From positions 381,821-445,820 of the forward strand of contig NW_005434602.1 in assembly GCF_000315625.1 (NCBI RefSeq): DNA of 64,000 bases, written 5' to 3'. The translations under genes and the position numbers were made by a program. Under the pieces are notes generated by a model. That model made no database searches and was not told where the DNA came from. It saw nothing but the letters and a program-made list of their open reading frames with translations. The number at the start of each line of letters is the position of its first letter. Position 1 is the stretch's first letter. This DNA comes from Guillardia theta CCMP2712. Its lineage: Eukaryota; Protista; Cryptophyta. Below, piece by piece: positions 23,776-35,800 of this stretch.

Positions 23776-26409
23776 TCAGTGTGGAATAAACGAAAAATGG
23801 AGTAGGATCTTTGAAAACTCACAACTATGATGGGCCCATACTGAATCCTTCTGCTTCATTGGCCATCGCCCTGGCAATTTTAGTTTGATGGGTGGAAAGA
23901 TGGTCCGAGGAGGCTCCTTGTGCTCCTTTTGCTTCGGGTCTTCAGAAATAATGAAAGAAGCTGGCGATTTGATGGAGAGATCGTCGTACTGTTCCAACAA
24001 GTCTCTTGATGACGTCACAGAATTCTGTCTTGGAGAACTACTGTGGGTTGAGTTCTGGTAGAAGCTTGAAAGGTTTGATCCTTTTGGCAAAACGTCAGCT
24101 CAATTCACACACAAAGCATAAATCATCACTGGCGGTTGGAGGAGCACTTGTAAATCCAGTTGTGCCCTGATAGCTTGAAATTTCTGAAGGAGCATATTCT
24201 CCTGTGAAGATAGGAATAGTTCGCTTTGTGATTCGATTGAGAACATATTTTGCTCGTTTCCTTTGCTTTACAAATGCTGGATGCTGCCAGTAAGGAAGCA
24301 AAAAGTCTTTTATGGGTTTCATCTTTTCTTGAATCTGCGTATCATGAATTGCAATCATAACGAGAAGGCAAAAATGCATTGAAATCACCCGATAGCCGTA
24401 GTTATGCTTGAATTCCCACTTGAATCGTTCCCAAGCCTCTTCTTTTGGGGGTGGATGAGATTTCAAAGAGGCAATTGTAGACACTGTTCGAGCTGAGTCT
24501 GGAGGTTTCTCTGTCAAAAGTTGTAGATTCGTCAGCTTTACATCGACAGCTTGTTTGCTAAAATACCTGTTGATCCATTAGCTTGATCGGATTCTACCTC
24601 ATCTTGGACTTTCTTTTGTCGTTGAAATGTCACTCGGTTTTTCAAGGTATCATCAGTAATGAACCTGTTTTTCGACTTTTCGAATTCGTTCAAGGGGCTT
24701 TACATCATCGCCGTCATCACTTCGAGGAGAGTTGTCTTCGATTTGCTTGGAATATTGCACAACCTTTGAAACATATTGGATTACATGATCGATTGTAAAG
24801 CTTTGCATGTCACCTGCTTTTCAATTTCTTGCATTTTCTTCTTCCTAGCCTCGATGAGCAATTTCTCTCTCTTGATTTGTTCGTTTTTTTCTCGTTGTAG
24901 GGTCTCTTTCATCAGCCCTTGCAGGGCTCGTTTTGTACGATCTCGAGTTGCGAGGTCCATTGCTGTCTGGGCCGCCTTATTGCGAAGGTTGGGATCTGCA
25001 TGGTAATCGAGCAGCAGAACTATCACTCGAACACTATCATAAACTGCCGCGTAGTGCAAAGGTGTCCATCCTGCTTTTGTACGGACATTCGCTTGAGGGT
25101 ATCGCAACAACTGCAAGGATGCAATTTCTTCATCATCATTCATAGCAGCAAAGTGCAAGCAAGATTGTCCACTTTCGTCAACATCAGAAGTGTCAACACC
25201 TTTGTGCACAAATGCCTTGAAAATATCGACGTGTCCTACTTCAGCGCAAATATGATATGGGGTTTTCCCTCCTCCAGCTATAATCATTTCAAGATCATTA
25301 TCCATTTCCTGGTTTTCATTTTGCATTCCTTTTTTTTGGTTCTTTTTATGAGTACTTCTCTTTTTCGATTCCATCTTCTCTCGATTCTGTGTAAGAATAA
25401 AGTTATTTTTCACTGCCGGGTTGGCTCCCTGCCGGAGAAGAAACAATACGAGATCCGAAAATCCATAGGAGCTTGCAATATGCAGAGGCGAATCTCCACG
25501 ACTGTTCTTGATGGACAGAACAGTTGCCACTTTTGCTTGATCAAGGGCATCAGAAATAGCTTCCAACTTGGCTTCAAGATCTTCTTTCTCTCGGTCTGGT
25601 CCATGCTTCTCTCCACCAGTGAGAGCCTGGCAAACAACTTCTAGAGTTTTCAAGTCCCCTTTTCTAGATAGAATATGCAAAGCTGTATCCCCATTGCTGT
25701 CTCTAATATGCACGTCTGCTTTGCTGAGAACAAGAAACCTGCAAATCTCAGTCATCTCTTCCTCTGCAGCTTTGTGCAATGCGGTTTTCCCAGTACTTGG
25801 CTCAGGCATGTCGATGTTTGCACCTAGTCGCATCAAAGATATGATTCCTGACACCGTTTTATCTCTTGTCGCATTCTGACAAGCCAAGTACAGTGGACTG
25901 TAGCCGTCTGTCGAGAATTTGTTGACGTCACATCCTAGATCTCTCAAGACCATTACAATCGCATTGCAATCGTTTTTGATGGCCACATGAATAGCCGTAT
26001 ATCCATCTGCAGTCTTCCTGTTCATTACAGCTCTGAATTTTGCGAGTGCTCTTAGACAGCTTGAAGCTTTGTTCGGACCGATGAAATCGTTTCCAGAGGC
26101 TAGAGTAGCATGATGTATTGCAGCGTATCCGTCTAAATCCTTCAAATCAGGGCATGCTCCAGCTCGTAAGAGGTATTCAACGACTTTTCCTTGCCCATGC
26201 ATGCATGCGATCATGAGGGGAGTACGGCCAAACTCATCTCTTTCATCTACTGCAGCTTGCCCTTCAAGGTTTCGCAATAGCTTCGCCAGCTCTTTGGTAT
26301 CACCTGTCTTGGAACATACAAATAAGTCTTTTGTCGGGACTTTTCCGTCATCATCTTCATCATAGATGTTGAAAGTTTTGTACCGATTGTCCTTAAAGAA
26401 GTTATCCAT
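23776..26409 (-). CDS. Ankyrin-repeat protein, multi-exon 3' part
   Basis: Repeats GRTPLMIAC, GYTAIHVA, GKTALHKAA, GDSPLHIA and GWTPLHYAA. Downstream exons at 24095-24517 and 23776-24090. Confidence 0.88.
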
Positions 26410-27045
26410 TTGTCAAGCTCGTGTTGGGACCTAGGTTGCGAGCTTCAGCAGGTCTACCTCAGCTTGACGCGACCATTGATTCCATACCGTACAATACTTG
26501 CGGCTAACTGAAATGAATTCCTGGTCATGTGAGTCCGACCCGCGCGTGCACAGCAGACTACCGTTGTGTTGACAGTTTGATTCGACTTCACGATTGTACT
26601 GGACTGAGAAGACTGCACGATTGGACTGAGAAGATCGGACTGCACGATTGTCTGAGAAGACTTGGGTCACCGTCTTCATCTGTGTTCATGTCTTCTTCTC
26701 ATCTTGGGCATATCCGGCCGCCGGCTCATAGCGGCTCATCATGCCGCCGCATGATGGTCCCAGCCATCGGTTTTTGTTGCTATCACCCTGGCTATCACCG
26801 GTACTACGGTAAACCAAACTGATAATGAGCCTAACTAAAACTAAACTGAGGAGTTTACTCAAGTGGAAAAGAAAAAGATGTACCGAAAAGGTTTAGTCAA
26901 GAGATTTCATTCTACTTTTGAAAGTCCGCCTCAATTTATGTAATAGAGAAATCATGGATTTCAGTCTTTGAGGACGTAGGTTCTAGATTGTTTCCTCGTG
27001 CTGTCAACTGCTGCTCCTTCACTCCTGCTCGCGTCCTTCTTCTCA

Positions 27046-28128
27046 TCCCTATGCCTCCCTCGCCCCCTTTCCTCACTCGTGCTCTCGTGAGATCTTCCCT
27101 TCCCATCGCGTCGCTTTCTCGCCATGTACATCGATCTCGAGTCACGTTCACGCATCTTGACGGGACGCCCGGGCCTCTCCATCAGGCGCCAAGACATGTC
27201 CTGTCCTCTTTGTGGCACGTGCAAGGAGTGCTTGGATGCAGTGGCAGAAGGGCGACGGGAGATAGGTGGGCGACTACGGGAGCGGGAGCGGAGAAAGGGA
27301 AGGAGACAACTGTACAGGTAGTTATGTCGACCAAGACACCATCAGCAGGGGGGGTCGGGAGCGCAGCGGCGGAGGAAAGCAGCAACAAGGAAAGGGGAGA
27401 GGCAGGGGACGGAGCAGAGGCAGGGGCGGGAAAGACAGGAGTGGAGGCAGTATCGACAACGGCGTCTCCTTCAGCAGGCGGGAAGGGAGAGTCACCACGA
27501 AAGGAGGAAAAAGACAGAAAAAGCAAAACAGGGGCGTCGACAGCGAATGTCCCAACATCGAAATCATCTCCGATGAACAGCAAGCGTTTGAACGAAGATG
27601 AATGGAAAAAAGTGTTCGAATGTCCCACATGCAGAGCTCGCTTCCCCATGTGGAAGAAGCTGTCGGTTCATCTTAAAAGGCGCAAGGTTCTGGCAGCATT
27701 TCTCGATCCTTGTTCTGTCTGATGCATTCATTGGCAGCATATCCTGCGCGGGGTCGTGAAAACTTGGAAAGAGGTCAAGGAGCTGCTTCAGGTGAAGAAG
27801 AACCAGGAAACTCTTGAACCGCAGGTTTTGTTTGTCGTTGTACTTCAGGTATCTGACTTAGAGCTTGCAGATCGTTGACATGCTCAGAAACATTTATCGG
27901 ATGCATGACATTGACAAGCCACCGAAGTTGACTAGGATGGATAGGGACACACGGTTGCCAAAGAAAAAGGGAAAGGTCAAGGGCCAACCTAGCAAAATTC
28001 TGGTTAAGCAGAAGTCTAAAAGCTCGGTCCGTGCAAGTTCGAAGAAAACTACTTCTCGTGCTGCAAGAAAAAGTTCTGCACCTCCCGCCTCCTCTTCAGC
28101 TGTTTCGCAGGTTCAGCCAGGGGCATGA
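27046..28128 (+). other. Second copy of the C2H2 zinc-finger gene/element fragment
   Basis: FECPTCRARFPMWKKLSVHLK. The 5' part is nearly identical to ~6942-7180. Confidence 0.55.
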
Positions 28129-29823
28129 CGGAGGGTTGACAACAAGCCTTTCTTACGCTGATACTTAGTTTTGAGTGGTTTTGGGCATGCAGTCCAGTTC
28201 TTCAGCTATACAAAAAGGTTGAATCGGACGATGAACGGTTCTGTTACCTTCTGATCATGTCAAAATGCGCCAGTCGCTTGGCTTGGGCATCAGCACATCC
28301 GAGCAGTCCTGACCATCTAAAGCCACAGTCAGCCTGAGAAGATGACATCCAGATGTTGCTGGCAGCTCCTGTCCGCTGTTGATGTCGGAAGGGGAGGGTT
28401 TTACGTGCACGATCTACTGACAAATGCTGGAACGTAGGTATAGTGCATGATTCTCGTATTTGAGTTCGCTGTCAAGGCTGTAAACATTTTTTCATGCGTG
28501 TTCCGCTTCGTGCATTACAGGATACAAGAGCTTGCAAGCTTGAAACAAACCCTGAAAGGCCTTCATTTGTGCATCATACAGATTAAGTTTTTGTGACACG
28601 TCAATGTATTTGAGTGACATCCATATCGAATGTGAGAATGATTTCCTCATTTTCTTTTATCATTGTTCGTTTCCACGATTGTGAAAAACTTATTTGTCCC
28701 GAGAGATGCTTTCTCAAAACCTTCCTTCTTGCTTCCGTAGGGGAGTACTCTAGGATAACTTAGGATATCACCTTCATGCTTGCCTGAATCCCAAGTACGA
28801 ATTCCGCTTTAGACTAAGATATTTTGTGAAAGGAGCTTTATACGATGACACTAGAACCTTGTACGAGTACAGACCCACCTTCAAATCAAACTTACAGCAT
28901 CATAATCAATAGTGAAATCCCTATTACCACACATGAGGCTGAATAATTTCCTCAGTCAACATTCTGCATCACCTGATACTGATGATGATAAGGTTTGGTG
29001 TTTGCAGCGTTTCGATATTATCTTCGCTCCCCTGGGACTTGCTACCGCGCTCACTTGTTGTTGGCAGGTCGAAGCCGACTGCTTCGAGCTTAACTGCTGC
29101 ATCTTCAACAAGGAAGAGCAATTCCTCAATTTTGATCACCGACCTGTAATTTCATTTGAAAGTAGCTGGATTGAGGAGATCGGGTGGGGAAGGCCATGGT
29201 GAACACAATTGTGATCGTCGCAAGTCAGAGGTTCAGGGTTTAGGGTTATTAAGGACAGCATCATGGTTTAGCGGCTCGTATCCGAGGACTCTGGAAACAA
29301 GATTCTCAAGAAATTTTTCCCAAAGGATTCCCAAGAAATTTTGAGAGTAGTTGGTATTATTCATTAAAGATACTTAATCTCCTCACTCTCACAATCATGC
29401 GCCTAGATAGGCTCCGTCTACCCCTCTCCATGGTTACAGCCCTGAAGATCTCAGCAAAAGGCTCCGCAACACCGTATCTCTCCGACAGCTTTCTCAGGAT
29501 CTGGTGTACAGAAGTTATGTACCATAATGTCAAACCATGGCAGAATAAGAGCTTGGGACAACCAGCATACTCAATCTGCAGGTCATACGCATGCATCTCA
29601 AAATACCTAGCATACAACTCTTTGGGTACAATGATTTCATCGGGATCGAACCCGTTGCAAAGCTCCCACATTCTGTACACTGCAATGGGTGATACTTGTG
29701 GCTGTATAGGCCGTAGTCGCTGCATTGTATCGATGAACCGATGACACTGTTGTTCATACATGCTTATTTCCTCTGCTTTCCACGAAGTCTACGTTGAAAT
29801 CCATCATCGGCCATTGGTTTTGC

Positions 29824-31681
29824 AGAGTAAAGCGATCATGTGGAAGGCTCCGTATAGATCCGAGATAAAGAGTGCTGATGAGATCCCGGTGACTGTTTCC
29901 TTCCTCCGCAATGCACAAGTGGAGAAGCTCTGGCAGGGAAGAGAGGACTTCAAGATCGATGGTCGAGCATTTGCTGCCGTACATGTAAGCATCGTGCATG
30001 ATCGATCTTTCAAGATTCGAGCCAAGAGAGGACCGAGGGGCACAGGGGGCAGCTTTGCCGTCTATCGCTATCAGCTGCTGCGCCAGTCCCTGGCAGCGGT
30101 ACAGCTCCAGCCGCTGGCAGGCATGCTGGTCGCTGGGCCAGGCCAGCAAGTCCACAAAGGCTTAGGTCAGAAAGGCTTCGTCGCTGTAGGGGCCAACGTC
30201 ATCTGGAGACAGAGGGAGGTGGAGTGGATCGGATGGAGGGAGTACACCTGACTCTGTTCAGCGAGGACCCGAAGATCAGAGAGGCGCTCGCAGTCGAGCT
30301 GACAGCTGACAGCTTCGTGTCTAGGAACAAGCTCAAGAAGGCAGCAAGGATGCAGAAGAAGAAGGCAAGCCGCAGAGACGACAAGGAGATGAAGATCATC
30401 ATCAAGTCGACGGCAGCATCTGGTCGCTTCACGAGGAAGGAGATGGAGGGGCTGTGCAACGGCGGCAACACGTCCATGGCAAGAGTCAAGAGAGTCTTGT
30501 TGGAGATCGCAAACAGGCTTGACATCAAAGTTGACGGAATTGACATGGAGGAGGATTTGAACACCAAGTCCTGGAACGGGTCGAAGCTATGCATCTTCCT
30601 CGGCTCCACGGACGATGCTCGACGCATGATGAAGGAGCTGCCCTTCTATCTCGAAGGCGCAGCAACCAAGCTCGAAGCAGTCGGCTTCGACAGGGAGCCT
30701 GAGGCAGCTGGTCAGCGGGGCACCAGCGACGCAGCGCAGCGACAGGCGGAGAGCGAGGGAGAGTGGCTGGAGTTTACAGGCCTGGAGAGGATCACAATGG
30801 AGGCAGCATCTCCGTCAAGCCAAGAGGACATGCAGCTCGTCAGCGAGCTGTCAGCAGTCATCGAAGATGCAGCTTCTCTGAACGAGACGGGGACGAGCGA
30901 GCCGATCAAGCTGGTCTTGGACAAGGCCGTTGGCAACCTCCACGACACCTTCTACTCTCCGGGGAGCCTGGAGTTCATGTCGCTGGGAGAGTGGGCGAAG
31001 ACGCCAGAGGAGCAGGGAGTGGGACGCAACGTTCTCAAGGAGAAGCTAGCGGAGTGGTTGCACAGCAAGCGCTGGACTCGCGTGCAAGGACCACGGGCAA
31101 CGGCAGCTGCTGAGCTTGAGCAGGAGGCGGAGAGCGACGACATAGAGCGTCGATCTCTTAGCTTCCTGTTCATAGCACTGAGTAAATTCGCAGAGATGCA
31201 TGTGCTGGCCTGCTCGCTGAAGGTGGACAAGAAGGACCGACTGCGGGTGGAGATGAGGGAAGATGACGAAGAAGAGGAAGACATGGAAGAAGAGCAAGGC
31301 GAGGGCGAGGAAGAAGACGGGGCGAGCCCGTACCGAGCTTGAGCTGAGCTCAAGGTAAGGAGAGAAGGTAGGAGGCGACCGAAGGCCAAGGTGAGGAGAG
31401 GCAACTCTCCTGACTGAGGCTGAGGAAGCTGAACGGAGGAGGAGTAGGTGGCGACCGAAGGCCAAGGTGAGGAGAGGCAACTCTCCTGACTGAGGCTGAG
31501 GAAGCCAAGAGAAGACAGCAGACGTAGAAAGTAGAAAGAGACCTCAGAAACAGGGTTCGCATTGTAGGCCGTGTACTCCCAGTGCTCGCGCGCCTCTTTA
31601 GACTAGGATCAAATTGCAAAAGCCCACAAGGAGGCCGAGCAACACTAGCATTCTAATAAACTCACATAATAATAATAATAA
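29824..31681 (+). mobile_element. 5'-truncated single-ORF telomeric-repeat-associated retroelement (type A) ending in CTAATAAACTCA-(TAA)5
   Basis: The ORF is paralogous to 57075-59249. It has 76-bp 3' UTR repeats, and the tail abuts TTTAGGG repeats. Confidence 0.75.
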
Positions 31682-31727
31682 TAGGGTTTAGGGTTTAGGG
31701 TTTAGGGTTTAGGGTTTAGGGTTTAGG
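31682..31727 (+). repeat. Interstitial telomeric repeat (TTTAGGG), about 6.5 copies
   Basis: Read directly from the sequence. Confidence 0.97.
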
Positions 31728-31990
31728 CCAGAGGCATGCTGCTCTGCGGCGCGTAGGAAGAGCGCAAGGGGACCGGAGGAAGCTGCGAGGAAGAGGTTCG
31801 TATAGTTCAAAAAGCTTTCTTAGCATGGTTCTTCAGTATGATGAAAATGTTCGCAACCTGCTGTATCGGAGATCATGCCAATACACGCAGGGCGAGCGCT
31901 CTGGAGGCCACGTCGAGGAGGCCGCCGACCTCGTCGAGAGGGTGAAGAACTTCGCGAAGCGGTATCCTGGTAGTAGGACAGCTCAGGCTC
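31728..31990 (+). mobile_element. 5' fragment of a single-ORF element, starting right after the telomeric repeats
   Basis: MVLQYDENVRNLLYRRSCQYTQ matches the N-terminus of ORF 57075-59249. The DNA matches the reverse complement of ~50840-51090. Confidence 0.75.
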
Positions 31991-32199
31991 CTCTTCTTCT
32001 GCAAAAACTGTCAATCACTGACTTCCGTCAAACCACCGGACTTCGAACCCCCAGAGCAAATCAATCAACACCCGACCAGGGACGTAGAGATAGCTTACCC
32101 GCTGGAGCCGCCCCCAAAAAAGTAGAAAAAAAAAGACCAGATTTGCTAGGGGCTGCATATGGGTTTGTGAACGGCATGGAAGGCACGGGAGCCGCTGCT

Positions 32200-32860
32200 C
32201 CGACGGCTCAATCCCAGGCTTCCCAGTGGGCGGGGACTCGGAGTTTCCTACCGTCTGGGTTCCGGGCCGGCGGCCGGCGCCCGGGCCCGCGGCCCGGCCG
32301 GGACCGGCCGACTTAGACGGTGAGGCTCCAGTTTCCTTGCACCCGGGGCCGAGCCTGACTCACAGTAGTACGCTCAGTCTCTCTGACTCAGTGCGGCTTT
32401 CAAGTTCCGGGCAGTCACGTTCCTTCAAGTCCGACGGTCTGACCGTCGGACTCTGCCAGTGACGCGTTGCTCTCAGTTGGATCGAGTCCGAGGCTCAGCC
32501 TCGGACTTTGAACGTCGGCGGGCAGTCACCAGCCGCTGACTCAGCGGCCCGGCTGAGCCTACTGCCAGGCTCAAACCTGGTCGCCGTCTCACCGTACGGT
32601 ACGGTCAGTGCCTTCCGACTTCCTTGAAGTCCGGCGAACTTCGGAAGTTCTACCGTACGACTCTCCTGATTGTCCTCGTACTGATTTTTAACTTAACTTT
32701 GAGTAAAGTACACCGTACTACGGTACTAGTCGTACCGTAACGGTACCCAGAACGGTACCGGGCCGTAGCCTAGCATCCGGGGAGTCCGGCGCGGCGGCCC
32801 ACTCAGTCCGATCATCCCGGGCCTTTTCCCCCTCCCCCACCCTGACCGGCTTACCTTCGC
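32200..32860. promoter_or_regulatory. GC-rich island upstream of the Roco gene, with the 40-bp motif at 32669-32708
   Basis: The motif is identical to 11731-11770. A candidate ATG (MPRYCPCCQ) sits at 32869. Confidence 0.55.
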
Positions 32861-32868
32861 GGCGCACG

Positions 32869-35800
32869 ATGCCGCGTTACTGTCCTTGCTGCCAGGCAAG
32901 GGAGCAACTGCGATGAGATGCTGTTACCTTCACTTCCATACTTGATGGAGATGCTTGCGTTGCTCCCCCACATCTTCTTCTCTTGATCATCCACTTCCTC
33001 TATTGGCGGCTCCTCTCAGTTCACACTTGCGGCACAAAGATGACCTCCTGACTCGAATACTGCAGATCGAGATCGATCCTGGTACCGGCGACAGCACGAA
33101 ATGCGTAATTTGAGTAGCTCCTTGATGCTGTTATCTGACTTTTTGTCTTGAATGTTATGCCATGGGTTGCCATGTTCTTGTTCGGAAGGCGGTAAGCTTA
33201 GCTGGAGCCGATGGAGAGTGCAAGACCTGCTCGAAGCTTAAAAAAGATCATTATGGATCTTCCATGTACTGCTACGTAAGGAACCGTTCGCTCAGGGGAT
33301 GATTTGACTGACATTTGATTTTGCGATATCTTTTGTTCTGCTCGCATGGACTGCTGGTGGATCGTATAGCGAGTAAGTATTTTGATCGAAATATGCGGTC
33401 ACCAGGGGATATTTCGCTGACATTTGATTTTGCGATTTCTTTTGGTTTCTGCTCGGATGGGCTGTGAATGGGGCTGCGGATAGTTTGTAAGTATCATGAT
33501 CGAAATATGCGGTCAGTGGATGATTTGCTGACTATTTTATTTTGCGATATCTTTTGTTGCTGCTCGGATGGGATGTTGATGGGGCTGGATAGGGAGTAAG
33601 TATCTTGCTTGCCAAAAAAATGATGCGGTCAGGGGCTGATTTGACTGACATTTGATTTTGCGATTTCCTTTGTTTCTGCTCGGATGGACTTCTGGTGGAT
33701 CGGATAGCGAGTAAGTATCTTGATCGAAATATGCGGTCCAATCAGGGGATGATTGGACTGACATGTATTTTGAAAATCTTATCGCTTTTTTGCTTGGATG
33801 GATGGAATGTTGCTGGACAGGTGGTAAGTGACGAATATTCAAGATGCACTCAGGGAACGATTGGCTGACATAATTTCGTGTATTGTTTTTCGATTTCTCA
33901 TCGGATTGGTGGTTGGTTGGGCTGGCTAGGTGGTAAGTTAGAATCATGAAATATGCGGTCAGGGGACGATTTGCTGACATTTGATTTTGCGGTTTCTTTT
34001 GTTGCTGCTCGGATGGGATGTTGATGGGGCTGGATAGGAAGTAAGTATCTTGCTTGAAATGATGCGGTCAGGGGCTGATTTGACTGACATTTGATTTTGC
34101 GATATCTTTTGTTTCTGCTCGGATGGGTTTCGGGATCGGATAGTATGTAAGTATCTTACTTGCCAAAAAAATGATGCGGTCAGGGGACGATTTGCTGACA
34201 TTTGATTTTGCGATTTCCTTTGTTTCTGCTCCGATGGGCTGCTGATGGGACTGGATAGGTGGTAAGTTTATTGTTGAACAATACGGTCAGGGGGTGATTT
34301 CGCTGACATTTGATTTTGCGATATCTTTTGTTTCTGCTCGGATGGGTTGCGGGATCGGATAGTATGTAAGTATCTTGTTTGAAATGATGCGGTCAGGGTA
34401 TGATTTCGCTGACATTGGTTTTGTATTTCTCTGTGTTTGGTGTGGGATGGATGGGTTTTTCAATCGGATAGACGGTAAGTATCTTGATCAAAATATGCGG
34501 TCATGGAACGATTGGCTGACATGTTCTTGTGTTTTTATTGGTTTTTCATCGAATGCGCTGCTCGTGGGTCTGGATAGCCGGTAAGTGACGATTATGAACG
34601 ATGCGCTCAGGGGATGTTTCGCTGACGTTGGTTTTGCGATTTCTTTTGTTCCTGCTCTGATTGGCTGTGAATGGGGCTGGATAGGATGTAAGTATCTTGA
34701 TTGACATGATGCGGTCAGGGTATGATTTAGCTAACAATTAGTTTTGTTCATTTCAGTGCTGCATATGCTACTTGGACAATGAGTCTGAAGAGAGAAGGCA
34801 AGAACGCATGTGTAAGCACTGCAAGGAGCGCCGTTCTTGTATGCACCGTCTTGAGCAAGAGCTGGTATCCGCAAGGCTCAGCAGGCAGGACGCCATCGCC
34901 AAGATCGAGGAGGTCCGCAAGCACATCGACAACCTAGGGAAGCCTTTTGCCAAGAGGCTGGACCTTGTCAAGTGTCACTACATCTTCGGGAAGCAAGAGT
35001 TAGAGCCTTCTGCTGTGGATGAGATGAAGCAGCTACTGGTGGGCGGAGAGCTCGGGAGCTGCTACGACAGCAAGGAGGGCAAGCTCGACATGTCTTTGCG
35101 CACAGATAGGATGAAACGATATGTGATACGAGATCTGAGGATGAAGAGCCTCCCTGGCTGGATCTCCAAGCTCGGAATTGCATTTCAAGTCATTGACGTG
35201 TCTGGTAACCCCAGCCTCTCCCGCCTTCCCCTGGTTGAGCTGTGCAGCATGGAGTCTAGTCTGAAGAAGGTGAAGTGCGACAGCTGCGTTAGGCTGCAGC
35301 TGCCTCCGCCTGAGATCGCCAGTCAGGGAGGAGAAGCTTCGTTGACGTACCTGAAGAGCGTCAAGAAAGACAGCGAAGCAAACAAGCGGATCAATCTTAT
35401 TTTGATCGGCAACGGGGAGGCGGGCAAGACGAGCGTGTTGGAAGCTCTGAGGTCCAAGGACGGAAGAGCTGGCAAGATCGATGTCGACAATAGAACGATC
35501 GGGATAGATCTGCATAGGTGGGAACCTGAAGATGCTGACGGGCTGACGTTCGACGTGATGGACTTTGGGGGGCAACAGATCTACGCCAAGACCAACCAGT
35601 ACTTCATCGTGAGGCGGGCCTTGTACTTGCTGGTGTGGAGCGTGATGCCGTTATCAGACATTCAGACTGACACAGAAGTCGGGACATACGTGGACAAGCT
35701 GAAGGCGATGATCTCCACTTGGTTGCGAGCAATGCAGGCGAGAGTGCCGGGGGCGAGTGTCCTGCTGGTAGCGACGCACATTGACTTGGCCGAGCAGCTT

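Noticed and set aside
28130-29760. Possible decayed transposase downstream of the zinc-finger fragment, including ORF 29357-29761
   Set aside because: No diagnostic motif could be recognised, so it is left uncalled.
31375-31505. Hammerhead ribozyme / Penelope-like terminal repeats
   Set aside because: CTGACTGA and GAAG do not match the CTGANGA/GAAA core, and the associated RT element has non-LTR (CCHC/REL) features rather than PLE features.
31682-31727. True chromosome end
   Set aside because: The tracts are only 3-7 units long, internal and present in both orientations, so they are interstitial target remnants.
33276-34756. CRISPR array, snoRNA cluster or minus-strand coding repeat (MSVKSAPDRII...)
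   Set aside because: The units are degenerate along their whole length with no unique spacers or cas genes. The minus-strand ORFs are short and frame-shifting. Invariant splice signals on the + strand explain the conservation.
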